A stretch of 64,000 nucleotides of DNA from Mytilus trossulus (taxonomy: Eukaryota): contig NC_086375.1 of the NCBI RefSeq assembly GCF_036588685.1, positions 89,094,001-89,158,000 on the forward strand, read 5' to 3'. This document shows positions 49,701-62,447 of this stretch, one piece after another. A program made the translations under genes and the position numbers. Under the pieces are notes generated by a model. The model saw only the letters and a list, made by a program, of their open reading frames with translations, was not told where the DNA came from and did not search any database. The number at the start of each line of letters is the position of its first letter. The stretch's first letter is position 1.

Positions 49701-50901
49701 TATACATATGGAACTGGACATAAATGTTTTATTTACATACGAGATATTTTCTTTAACACTCATGTAACATCCATAGTACTCAAAACTTGATCCTGTTCAA
49801 AAGAAATATAAAAAATCATAAATGAATATTGTTCCATTTAAAGTATTTTTTACTACACTTTCTTTTTCTCTGTTCCCGATAAAATAGTGAACAGCAAAGT
49901 AATATTTTTTAATGCGTTAAATCTTTTCGTTTTGTTGTCTCGGTTTAAGTACCGATTCCTGTTTGTACAGTTTGCAATGAGTCACATGTTTTATAATTTT
50001 GTTCCTTTCCCACTAATTTAACGATTGGCATTATTTAGTGCTGCAGTCCGACTACACCAACACTCAATTCAAATTTGATTTGCGAAAATATAGGACAGTT
50101 GGCATCGTTATTTGTTTTTCATACTTTCTTTGTGTATGCATGATGACAGTTGATATCCATTCGTTAGACGTGTTTGGGCTGTTGATTTTTTCCTTTGATT
50201 AGGGACTCTACATTTTGAATTTTTCCTCTGAGTTCAGTTTTTTTATGATTTTATTTTTTCGATACAGATAGCCGTTTTATTTGTATTTATTTTTCTCCTA
50301 ATATTTTGTCCTTTCCGGTATTTTTGGCGGCGTTGGCAGATTTCTAGTGGTTCTTATACAATTTATTTTCAAAGTGTCTGGACTCGTACTGCATGTTGTA
50401 AGCAATACAGAAAGCGTGTGCAGCAGGTTTTGGCATGTTTTATCGTCTTTAACGTTAGTTGTTCTACCACGGAAAGATGAGTGCTACTGGTTGACCGACA
50501 CATGGCCATCATAAACAAGGTGTATGCATATGACTACATTACATATAATTTATAAGATATCCTAAGAATAAAAGAATAGCACGCAAATGTTTAAATTATT
50601 TTTTGTCTAATACGTTGAACCGGATACGAAATAAATAAAATAAGATAAGATAAAAAATTGAAAAGGCGACACCAAGTCGTGAATTTCATGGGATCAACGA
50701 GAAAGTAGCAAAGACCTAAATATTTAGACTGGAGGAAGAGTTTATGTATTTCTATGATCCATCAATGATAAGCCTATTCTTTTGAATTCAACTATAATCT
50801 GAGACGTACATTTATAAAGTAGTGTAAATTTATCCAATCTTACCTTGTACGAAAATTACACAACATAAGTAGAACGTACACAACTTGAAGATGAAAGTCA
50901 T
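46174..50901 (-). CDS. WSC-domain type I transmembrane receptor B (~362 aa): complement join(50901-50844, 49792-49659, 49292-49103, 48563-48537, 47533-47446, 46765-46174)
   Basis: All introns GT-AG with phases 1,0,1,1,2, identical to A; 1089 nt in frame. SP MTFIFKLCTFYLCCVIFVQG; WSC YYGCY..MSSSICIEYC..YSLAAL..CSCS..CSFPCPKSPDEICGG..FSVY; TM IGIVVGAIFAVICVMVVAVVILIIC-RR; Tyr-rich tail. Confidence 0.87.
47446..47533 (-). CDS. Receptor B exon 5: transmembrane helix
   Basis: tacttcAG|..NTIGIVVGAIFAVICVMVVAVVILIICR AG|GTAAGA. Confidence 0.88.
47575..47800 (+). mobile_element. Penelope-like RT fragment (intronic)
   Basis: YLDLYLEFDIHSHLSTRFYDIRDDFCFEIIDFP followed by frameshifted ..TSP...IYISKLIR; RT C-terminal signature. 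A smaller piece lies at ~39310-39385. Confidence 0.7.
48537..48563 (-). CDS. Receptor B exon 4: 27-bp microexon
   Basis: ttttatAG|GTTACAAGAACACAGGACATAATAATC|GTAAGT, phase 1-1. Confidence 0.7.
49103..49292 (-). CDS. Receptor B exon 3: WSC C-terminal half
   Basis: taattttAG|IKITG..CSCSNE..CSFPCPKSPDEICGGYNQTIFSVY..G|GTATGT. Confidence 0.85.
49659..49792 (-). CDS. Receptor B exon 2: WSC N-terminal half
   Basis: gaacAG|..FEYYGCYM..MSSSICIEYCKIGHYSLAALS|GTAAGT. Confidence 0.85.
50844..50901 (-). CDS. Receptor B exon 1: signal peptide
   Basis: CAA ATG..MTFIFKLCTFYLCCVIFVQ G|GTAAGA. Confidence 0.8.
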
Positions 50902-51779
50902 TTGTTCTCAATTTTGTAAAATTTATCCGTTGTACTATACATTAGTCAATTGTACACACAAATTTGTATTATTATTTAATTTGAAAACACAAACGATGAC
51001 AGTACATTACACTTGTTTATGTCTAAAATAATCGTACGCATAAAAAACACACTTCAAAAACTTAAACGTTGATCGTTAATATATGTCAAAGCTCAACGGA
51101 ATAGGTAATCGTGAATAATACAGTGTACTTTATGACTTGTTTTATATATGTTTTGATGGTTGACAGGATGTAATTACTATCACAGTATTTCTTTTGTGCT
51201 ATTGTCTCCGGTATTTTGAAACTTTATAAGGTTTTTTAAGTTATTTTTGTCATATTAATCTTCTTTAGCGACGGATCTGTTGCAAGTTTGAGCATTCCCC
51301 CTAGTTATACAACCAAATACATGTTTAATTAGTATACTTTTCTGATTTTTTTTACCTGCACTTGTTTAATTAGCCCCTCTGCCTGCATCCTCTTCTCCCT
51401 CCCAAAAAAACATCAAATTCCCGAATCCGTTAATATTCAAATGATCGCTACTAAAAAGGGAGATTAGAGATATAAAAACATGTGTATTGCATTTGTACCC
51501 ATTTGTATTTCATTTGCTCCAGTCACCATACATCATTTGCGTCAAAATCATATCTTCCATTTCCACAACAATTGGTAAACGTATAAACAATGCAAATTTA
51601 AAGGTAACACATGTGTGCTATTCAGTTTATATTATTTAAAAGGTATAAATTGCATACCAACCACCAAAAAGGACGCCTCTATAGGTATTTGGCATTGCGT
51701 TAAATTCACACTATATAGTATAAACTATTAGCTATAAAGTCTACTACATGACAAATTGTTTCAATATATAAAAAGGCGG

Positions 51780-52370
51780 ATTAAGCCTGGTTTTATAGCT
51801 CAGCTAGTTAACCCTCACTTGTATGACAGTCGCATCAAATTCAATAATATAATAGTTTAAACTGATAACAATTGTGTGAACAAAACAAACAGACATAACC
51901 GGTTAAAATTTCACAAAAAGAGGTACAGCAGTCAACATCGTGTTATAATCTTAATCACTGTAAAAGCAAACAAAAAGCAAAAAGACAAAAAGACAATTAG
52001 ACAAAGATTATTAGCTAAACTGAAAGACAAGAATACAAAAACTATCATAGAACAACAACACAATGATGGGATGTATAAGTGCACAGCCACGTCATGTGTA
52101 TTAAAAAAACAAAACAAAAAGACACATGGACAAAGCTTATTAGCAAAAGTTAAAGTAAAACATTCAACAATTATCAGAGTACAATAACACAATGACGGGA
52201 TGTTTGAGTACAGCCACGTCTGATGGATATCACCAAAACAGACTTAACAGTAAAAGTAATATTCATAAAGACAAATTAAAGAATACATAGTAAGTATATA
52301 TAACACGGTTTTAAGGTGATGAACAACGTCAGTACCAATAATCTATACTTCAAAGACCATTGTGTATTAT
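51780..52370 (+). repeat. Interspersed repeat family D
   Basis: CCTCACTTGTATGACAGTCGCATC...ATCTATACTTCAAGACCAT is similar to ~11095-11520, and to ~19570-20050 in inverted orientation. Confidence 0.6.
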
Positions 52371-55300
52371 TGGAAACGACAACCACGGATTAAAGGCGTC
52401 TGTCAGGTCTGTTTGGTTATAAGTCATTGAACAAACACTATGTAAATCTGCAGTATACCTGTAGGAGATATATTAAGTGTTGGCCAAATAATTCACCAGG
52501 TAGTAGGTTTCTCGCATGGATAATCACCAGGCAGAGTAAAAAGAAGCTGATTACGAAAACCACAAATAATTCAACTAAATGGTTTTTCGTGTTGGCTCCC
52601 TTTTTCATTTTCAATTTTGATCTTCTTTACTTTTTGATAACTGAAAATGTATGAGTATATCATCTCCAACCTACTTAAGCGTTACATGTATATCAAAAAT
52701 TGCATACGTACCCGTACGTGGACCCAGACGTTGTTACACTATTGACTGTTTTTAAAATACGAACTATTAAACAAAAAAATATATTTTAGTCTTGAAACCA
52801 TTTAATTGACTTTTGAGTTGGTCTCCGAAGAGCTCCGATGGTCATATAAGCGTAATAAACATAAATATTAATAAAAATAGAAAGCGGAGTCGTCCAATTT
52901 ATTTTTTCTAGGTCTATTTAATTTCATATTGTAAGTTAAGAAAAAAATATATGTTAATCGGCGTTTTTACCTGTATAAGAATGATTTTTTGATCGATTGA
53001 ATTGGTCAATAAATGATTCCTTTGTTTTACTTTCAATGTTCTTTTAGTTAGAATAACCGAACGCGCATAATTCATTCGTTCTCCATCCATGACTAAGGGG
53101 TTAAATTGAAGGTCACATGAATACAGATTCAATGAGGTTGAATTATTCACTTGAAATTGAATAATTCATCATCAATGTTGTTTGGCTTAATTTGACAAAA
53201 TTGAACCATACTGGCTGCCAAAAGCGAATTATTATTTCTCTATCATTAATCTGACTACGAAAAAAAATCATAATTTAGATTTTGCATATGTCTCGTTGCT
53301 AGTGCCTCTCTAAATCGTTTACAAGGTTTAACTTATGGTGATCACTGAAATCTAATAGGACACTACTAACACGGGAATAGCTAACGAGTTGAGGAAATAT
53401 ACATATGCTAAGCAGTGGGCATTTCGTCTCTTTTGCATTCAATTTTCGTATTCATTTCCCCGTGTGAAACAAATATGTATAAATTTAGAAAAGGACAATT
53501 CCAATTATAATTGCATTAATATATTTGAGCATGTAATGAGATATGATTTTTTCTGTATATAAGAATAATTCTTAAATAGGAACGGACATTTATTATGAGG
53601 AATTGTACGGTTATAGTGACTTTCAGATCTGTTTGACATGTGCACTTTATAGCAAACCAATAAAATCTTCGGTACACTTTGAACACAGACAAGGAATAAA
53701 TCGGGGTCACTTTAACATCATGTCAGTTCTCAGACATCTAACCAGGAAATAAACTGACATTATCATTGGTCAGATTTCATCCAATCATATCAAAATACAA
53801 AATCTGTTGAGAGAAAGACAGACTTCGTAGCATGACTTTACTGCCCTTGGTCACGTCTCAGATAAAGTTTTGGAACTTTTATCATGCATTTCGCAAAGCA
53901 CTGCATAGGAAAGTCGACAAGGAAAACCCAAGTTATTATTTTAGAATAATCTTACTGGTGACGATTGATCGTATTTGTTGACACTGCTTTGCAACATATG
54001 TTAAATTTATTTCTGTATTGAAATTTGGTGGGCTTGTTTTGACAATCAGACAACATCTATTAATCGTGCATTTACTCAAACAAAAAGATCAAACTTAACT
54101 TTATGTTGCTGCATCTAAAGAGCTTACCTGTATTACCTGCATTAGGATCGCACAATCAAGGTCTTAGTGACTTAAAAGTTAAAATCATTTAAAGTAAAGA
54201 TCATGTTCAATACTTTTACAAAATCCGAAATAAAAATTTAATGTTTTTTTAGCCTGTTTCGCTTACCTAGAACTAGATGCATCTTCAACATTGAACACTT
54301 TAGAACAGAACTCCTTTTAAATATTGATCTTGATGTATTGACCAAGGCATCAGTTTTTAGTTTTTCTTTATCTGCTTCAATAGTTTTTGTCTCACGCGTA
54401 AAACAAAAAGGACAACGATCGTCGTTTCCAGGCAATAACTAATATAATGAGTCGACTGGCATTTCGAAAAAAATGACTTATTTAAAAATCTTGTCTGGAT
54501 CATCATTTTAGCCTTTAAACAGTTCCTCTCTATCTATGATATGATTTTTTTTTAACTGTGTTATTAGAAATATACATTCAAATATAAGATGTTTTATGTT
54601 CAGTATTTACCGAGGTACAGTAATTGCTTTGGAAGCTTGTAAAACTTAATTTTAAAAAGTTCCAATCTTTACTGCATATTGATTCAAAACCGGAAAAAAA
54701 TCATTTACTAACAAAATCAAAAGATCTTTCGAGTCACCATTTTTTGGAGTGTTTCAAAATGTCCCTCAAATGTTAAAATTTCCCAAAGTAGGCCTATTTT
54801 TCTCAAACCTATTTTACAATAGTCTTACTTCGAGAATACCGCACATAATTGTACAAAACTTGAGACGTTAACATTAAAGTTATCGAGCACCAGTGTCTGT
54901 TCTTGTCACATTTACATTTATTAGAGAAGTACTGTCTTCTCGTAACATAAAGAAATAAAAGTCAGTCCGGTGCAGGTTGAATAAATAAGATTACTATTTT
55001 TATAGAGAATATATCTTTCTACTATTTTGTAAAAATTTAAAGAAAAGGTCGTCTCGAGTTTTGTACAGGTATTTGCGGTCTTTTCGATCTATTCATATTC
55101 AATGTTGTAATCGAGATAAGGTCGTTTTGAATTTGCTAAGTAACTTAATTTCATAATTGCCAATCTTTGCTACATATCAATTGATTCCTTTCCTTTTCCA
55201 AAAAAATCCCTGACTTTTTCTGATCTAGCTGTATATGTATACGAATGATAAGTATGTTCCAGAGAGATATACAGACTGTAAAAAAAATCATTGAAGGTAG

Positions 55301-55914
55301 TACTACAGGAACTTATTCGCAAAGCAATATTTTAAACCAATTTTACACCCAGCTTCTTTAGCCTGCTGTACTTGTTGTTTACTACCTAAGAGTAAAATGA
55401 TAGCATTGTTGTTTTGTTTTTGTTTCAGCTTACTAGTATTTCCATTTTTAATATTTGCGAGATCGTTTTTCCGTGAATCCATAATGGATAGCGACCTTGC
55501 TTAATAAAGGCAACAGTAGTGTTCAAAACTCATAAATCCATGGACAAAAAACAAAATCGGGGTAACAAACCAAAACTGAGGAAAACCGAGGATAACGCAT
55601 TAAATATAAGAGGAGAACAACGACACAACACCGAAACGCAACACACACAGAAACGGACCAAGCATCAGACAAAACACCAGAAGAATAACAAATATAACAT
55701 GAAAACCAAATACATGAATTTGCTTAAGTGAGACAATATTGAGAATAACTAGCTTTCAGTGTTTACAGGGGAGAATATATTTTGTCAATAAATGATTTAC
55801 ATTAACCAATGTTAATTTTATGTACTTTATAATTTGTACCATTTAAGGAATTATTTAATTAACAATATTACAATGTAAACCAGTGAAGTATCGCAACTGA
55901 ACGTTAATACTACA

Positions 55915-56770
55915 TGTTATAGACAGAATACCCTTGAGTTTTAAATATCATAGACAGAATGCCCTTGAGGACTTACTGTTATCAGCAAAATACCCTTGAG
56001 AACCTAATATTATAGACAATTTGCACTTGGGTACTTAATATTAAAGACAAACTGACCTTGAGTACTTAATATTATAGACAGAATCCCATTGAGTACTTAA
56101 TATTAAAGACAGAATGTCGTTGAGTACCTAATAGTATAGACAGAAAAGTCTAGAGTACTTAATAGTATAGACAATTTGCACTTGAGTACTTAATATTATA
56201 GACAATTTGCACTTGAGTACTTAATGTTATAGACAGAATGCTCTTGAGAACTTAATATAGGAAGAATGTCATTGCGGACTTAATACTATAGACAGAATGT
56301 CATTGAGGACTTTACACTATAGACATAAGGTCCTTGAGAACTTAATATTACAGACATGATGTTCTTGAGAACTTAATATTATAGACAGAATGTCCTTGAG
56401 AACTGAATACTATAGACAGAATGCCCTTGAGTACTTTATATTATAGACAGAATGTCCTTGAGAACTGAATACTATAGACAGAATGCCCTTGAGAACTTAA
56501 TATTATAGACAGAATGCCCTTGAGAACTTAATATAATAGACAGAATGCCCTTGAGGACTTAATAGTATAGACAGAATGTCCTTGATAACTAAATACTATA
56601 GACAGAATGCCCTTGAGTACTTAATATTATAGATAGAATGCCCTCGAGAACTTAATACTATAGACATAATGTCCCTAAGAACTTAATATTATAGACAGAA
56701 TGTCCTTGAGTACTTAATATTATAGATAGAATGTCATTGAGGACTTAATACTATAGACATAATGCCCTTG
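55915..56770. repeat. 31-bp tandem satellite, left arm
   Basis: Unit ATAGACAGAATGCCCTTGAGTACTTAATATT with 31-bp spacing (56411 to 56442). Confidence 0.95.
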
Positions 56771-59700
56771 TAGTCCAGCAGCTAAGTCCAATATTTTTTG
56801 GAAATTGATCACTTTATGGAAAAAGCATGAAACTTTGCACAGTGTTAGTTATAATGCTTATACAAATTTTTGGATACGGAGCCATCACAAAATATTCCAC
56901 AATGGCCGCCAACTGTCATGAAGCCAAAAATATAGTATAATTTATCATTTGAAAATAAAAGCACAAAACTGCTAGTTAGGATAATTATTAATCTTTTCTG
57001 AATATGGAACAATAAAACAAAATCCATAATGGCCGCCAACAGTCATGAGGCAGATTCCCAAAATATGGTATTATTTATCATTTGAAAATAAAAGCACAAC
57101 ACTTTGCATATTGCTAGTTATGGTGCTTATTAATTTTTAATGAATATGGAAAAATAAAAAATTATTCCAAAATGGCCGACAAATTCAAAATGGCCGCCAA
57201 CAGTCATGAGTCCAATAAAAAATGATATAATTGATTATTTGAAAATAAAAGCACAAAACTTAGCATCTTGCTAGTTATTATGCTAACTAATCTTTTCCGA
57301 ATATGGAACAATCAAAAATAATTCCTTAATGGCCGAAAAAAGTCTTATTATCAGAAACTATATCGTGTATATCTAGAAAGCTATTAAAAATCAACAAATA
57401 TTTGTGCTTTGTAAAACTTTCAGGATTTCAGGTCATTAAATCTTGAATTACATACTTTTTGTTTCTCTTTTTAACTTTTTCGATTAAAGCGTCACTGATA
57501 CGTCATTTGTAGACGAGACACGCGTCTGGCATACAGAAGTTATCCACAATGAATATATAAATCAATTAACGATCATGGTTCTTACAACATGGCTACTGAA
57601 AAGACATTCAGGGTATCAAGTGTAGAAAATGACAAACCGGCTTAATCAAATAATATTGATTGAGCAAATTGCATCCTATGCAAAGAAGTTATAGATGAAA
57701 AACTTATATGCCCATTTGATTCTAAACGTCTCAATGTTGGTGCTGTTTATCAATCTTTAGCTGACAATATTAAGAAGTTATATGAATTACGATTGATGCC
57801 TGAAGGCATTAATGTGTGCATTGAAAACTTAGATGAGGGATCTGGAATAGCACAGTCTTCTATTGACAAAAAAGGCATGTTGGCACAAATCTTGCAATTT
57901 AAAACTGAACGGGACAAAGTTGAAAAGAGCAGAAATACGAACCTCACATGAGAGAAAAGATGATAAAGCAACCACATCTAAAAAGAAAACTAGACATAGC
58001 TTTTCCGTTCAGTCCACCAGTAACCCGTCTGTGTGCTTTTTTCTGTAATGAAAATGACCAAGAAGCCCTTCATGAGTCCTTTACCTTGGGACAAGATACA
58101 CATGTGAGAGAATGCGCAGTAAAATTAAATGAAATTTTGTTACTTGCAAAGTTAAGTGCTGGTGATCTAATTGCACAGGAAGCAAAGTACCACTCTAAAT
58201 GTTTAGTTTCCTTATATAATCGTGCATCTCGAATTAAAATGAAAAATGATGATATCGAAACAAAGAAGGAAAGTCTAATCCATGGTATTGAATTTTCAGA
58301 ACTAGTCTCTTATATAAATGAAACAAGGTCATGCGATGAGACCATAAGTGTTTACAAGTTGTCAGATCTATGTAAACTTATACGGAAAGAATAACTTGTC
58401 TAGGTGCAGATGTTTCATCTCGAGTTAATAGTACACGACCAAAACACAGAATTGTATCTGATTTCCCTAACTTAGAAGCATACAAACAAGGCCGTGAAAA
58501 CATTCTTGCTTTCAAAGATGACATTGGTCCTGCATTGAAGAGTCTGCTTAGAAGACTTTAATAATGAGTTTGTCAAAAAATCAAAAGCAGCTAGGTTTGT
58601 TCGTAAAGATATTTTCGCATCAAATTCAGAATTTAAAGGAACCTTTCCAAAGGGATGTCAGGAAGCTTCTGTACCCCAGTCATTGCCTTCTTTGGTCAGT
58701 ATGATTCAGTTTGGACCCAAAATTCAGGATCGTTCATAATCTCAGTCGACATTAACAATATCACAGCTTCTGATGTATATCTGTACAAAGAAACTATCCA
58801 ACCGTCATAGAAAGACCATGAACCTCCAGTTTTCGCTTATTTGGGAATCATGATTCCCTGTTAGACTAGAAAACGTGATCTAGTAGATACTTTCTTCAAA
58901 CTTGGACTGTCTGTCTCCTACGACCATGTGTGAGAAATTTCTACTACCATGGCCAATGATGCTTGTCGTCATTATGTCCAAGAAGGTATTGTTTATCCTA
59001 CCAATCTACTACAAAATGTATTTACTTCATCTGCTGTACACAACATCAATCATAATTCAAGCAGTATGTCTTTAAAGATTCATAAAATGGTACAGGTATA
59101 TCTTTATTCCAACATATTTCCGAGGATGTTCAAGGCGTTGTTGAAACATTTGACCAATCTGAACCTATGTTGAAATGCCTGTCAAAGAGTGTCTCTTTTA
59201 CCATAAGTTATTCAAATCTTTCACCAGCTGTACTAAGATTCAGCAAACCATATAGCCCATTATAGTTAAAGGAGAACTTTCAATTGATATGTCCTCATTC
59301 CCAGGTGCATTAAAAGTGGAATTCATATGGCTGAAAAGCTGTGGATAGGATTTGGCACTGGAAAGAACTTCCGATATAATTCAATTTATGGATTGTGCCT
59401 TGCTCTAGGACCATTGAAATTGAAAGTCTTTCCACTGTTCCATTCATTTACCGGTTGTGACACAGTCCCAGCTTTTTCTGGGAAAGGTAAGAAATCTGCT
59501 TGGGACACATGGTTCGTATATGGGGAGTTGTCAGAAGCATTTCTGCAGCTTATTGAGAATCCAAATGAAGTGGAACTTTTAAAAGAGTTAAAAGTAATAA
59601 AACGATAAGTTGTGCTTTTGTATGATCGGTTACCTGTTACATTAAATAAAACATATGTTTGTATATACGTGCTTGTAGTGAAATAATTGATCCATTACTT

Positions 59701-60198
59701 TTTTTTACCATATTTAAAACAAACTTCAAATTTTGCCTTGTTAAACGGCGCCATTTTGAATATTGCCGCCATTTTGAAAATATTATCTATGCACCCAGGT
59801 ATTAATGATACATTGTAGGCCTTTGTCGATATCAAATGATCAGTTTCACGGATTTGGTAACTTTCCATCACACAATGATGGTGTATACATATGAATACTG
59901 TCAAACTTAGACATTTTGACGCGCCATTTCGAATTTGGACACCATTTTGTTGATTTCTGTATTATAATGTTTAAAATTAATAATAATTGACATATCTTTA
60001 TTGTATTTCCTTAAGTTTGTGATAACTTCTGAACTCATTAAAATTGGAAGACTTCATCAAGTGAATTATGTTATACTTATGTCGGCCTTCTCGAATTTGG
60101 CGGCTCCATATCTGAATTTTGTCTATACCCCTTTCACTATGCCAAGTTTCATGCTTTTACCATAAAGTGATCAATTATTCTGATATCCGCTGGACATA
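56771..60198 (+). mobile_element. Decayed Academ-type (AcademX-like) DNA transposon
   Basis: Ends TAGTCCAGC / GCTGGACATA with inner TIR AATTGATCACTTTATGGWAAAAGCATGAAACTTKGCAYAGTG. AAAATGGCCGCC subterminal repeats are inverted at the two ends. Broken ORF with XPG/H3TH-like FHSFTGCDTVPAFSGKGKK. Confidence 0.8.
57650..59630 (+). pseudogene. Transposase pseudogene with XPG-like (H3TH) segment; frameshifts, stops and an internal deletion
   Basis: Fragments ACWHKSCNLKLN, LAKLSAGDLIAQEAKYHSKCLVSLYNRA, FKLGLSVSYDHV, VFTSSAVHNINHNSSS and LWIGFGTGKNFRY..FHSFTGCDTV. Confidence 0.8.
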
Positions 60199-60420
60199 TA
60201 AACAGAATGCACACGAGAATAAATGTATTGCCAGAATGCCTGTGTGAACTAAAAGGTATAGGCAGAAAGACTTTGAATACCAAATGATATCGGAAGAAAG
60301 GCTTTGGTTTCTAAAAAGTATAGACAGAAAGGCTTTAAATTATATATTGTATAAACAATATGCCCTAGAGTACTTCATATTATAAGCAGAAAGGCATAGC
60401 GTACTAAATATTATACACAG
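60198..60420. repeat. 31-bp satellite, degenerate right arm
   Basis: TATARRCAGAAWG.C..GAGTACT-like units continue at about 31-bp period. Confidence 0.7.
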
Positions 60421-61517
60421 AGTTTGTTTTGTTCATACATTGTTTTCCTTGTAATTGAATTTTATGCGACTGTCATACAAGTCAGAGGTTCAGCTAGCTA
60501 TAAAACCATTTTTAATCCACCAATTTCTACATCAGAAAATGCATGTTCCAAGTCAGGAATATGAAATTTGTTGTCCATTCGTGCAATGGCTTTGTGCATT
60601 TCATTTTGCCATTTGATTTGGGACTTTCTGTTTTGAATTTTCCTTGGAATTCAGTATTTTAGTTATTTTACTTTATTTTGGTAATAGCAGACATATAATA
60701 TCTCTGGTACTACAATAAAGAGATATTGAACTTCTTCATATACACTTATTGAAATAGCATTGGTTATATGTGAATTCGTGGAAACTGTGTATCTTTAATA
60801 CTTGGTCAGTGAATGTAATTTATTTTGTTATTCGTTAAGTGGCAGTTTTACGTCCCTTTACCAACAAAATATGACTTTGAATACAAAATTTAATCCTGGT
60901 ATCTATGATGATTTTTTTTATTAACGACACAGACAACAGATGGAAAAAAATTTAGATTCATGATAAACGATTGAATCTAAATGCAGAAAACACATTATAG
61001 CTAACAAATTGTTATAATGAATATTTGTATAGACCAATGGATGCATGTTCTAGAGGTCGAAGACATGATCACTATAAAAGGTAAAAAGATTAATTTCCAC
61101 ATATTAAGAGAGTCATTACGATGAATAATCTACACAGTATGCTAGAGGCGTTTAATACTATTTATCATATATTTAGACTGAATAACATATGATTTTTACT
61201 GTATGATAGTAGCATTAAATTAACGTAAATTTCATATTTTTCGAATTAGTACTCAGCGGGCTGATATGAAAAGTTTATCGCATGCTTCGATTGTTATCAC
61301 ATGTCTTTCCGTAACGTTATCGCATGGCATTCCGGTGATACTCTGCAAATGCCGGAAAATACACCTTAATGCTACGTTTTCAGTGAAAAACATCAATTTA
61401 CAAAGTAGTGTACAAAACAATATTTGGATACTTAAAAGTATATTTTGTTAAATAATAAGAAAAAAAAACAAAAACAACAAAATTTCAAACATAATTTGGA
61501 AAGTTACTTTAAACAAT

Positions 61518-61771
61518 AGATATAGGAAGATGTGGTGTGAGTGCCAATGAGACAACTCTCCATCCAAATAACAATTTAAAAATTAAACCATTATAGGTTA
61601 AAGTACGGCCTTCAACACGGAGCCTTGGCTCACACCGAACAACAAGCTATAAAGGGCCCCAAAATTACTAGTGTAAAACCATTCAAACGGGAAAACCAAC
61701 GGTCTAATCTATATAAACAAAACGAGAAACGAGAAACACGTATATATTACATAAACAAACGACAACTACTG
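61518..61771 (+). repeat. Interspersed repeat family A, young truncated copy
   Basis: Near-identical to the reverse complement of 23493-23746 (same spurious ORF MAHTEQQAIKGPK...). Confidence 0.85.
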
Positions 61772-62042
61772 TTCACTTTTCAACATGTCCAAAACAGTGT
61801 TCATTATGTATATTGTGGAATTATTTTTTTTGTCGATTCGTCCATAATAAAATATTTTTTTCTTCTCTGTTGACGCATATAATAGAAAGATTTCATGTCG
61901 AATGAACTAAATTTGGAGTCCGACGTCCGTGAACTTTTCACTCTTTGAACTTCTATTTGGGAATCACGTAAAAGGATCAATATATGATTCTAGTTGTTAT
62001 TTTTCTCCATTGTTGAAGCATAAGATAAAAATATCATAAAAT

Positions 62043-62158
62043 GCCATTTTTCATATCGCATGTATTATCAGCCCTCAATCAATATCAGCCATCGAGCCAT
62101 TCGGCTCTTGGGCTGATATTGAACCTAGGGCTGATAATACAAGCGATATGAAAATGCC
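62043..62158. mobile_element. Fold-back (hairpin) MITE-like element
   Basis: TTTTCATATCGCATGTATTATCAGCCCT..CAATATCAGCC..GAGCC / GGCTC..GGCTGATATTG..AGGGCTGATAATACAAGCGATATGAAAA. Confidence 0.8.
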
Positions 62159-62447
62159 TTGTAATAATCTGATAATATACGGGGTCAGTATTATCGCTCG
62201 AGCCTCATATGGAATTTACCGACCACATATAAGGTTATTAGCACATCGTGTAACTAATAATATAACCGTCTATCAAATAATATAAACCGATAATGAAGTT
62301 CCTACCAATTCACCCTGAACAAACCAAACAATCGTGAATAGCGAAGTATGCAACAGTAGGTATCTGATTTCGTGACGTGACAATTTCACGGGATGATACT
62401 ATGTCATCCAAATATAAATAAACAAACTAAATATTCAAATATATTTA

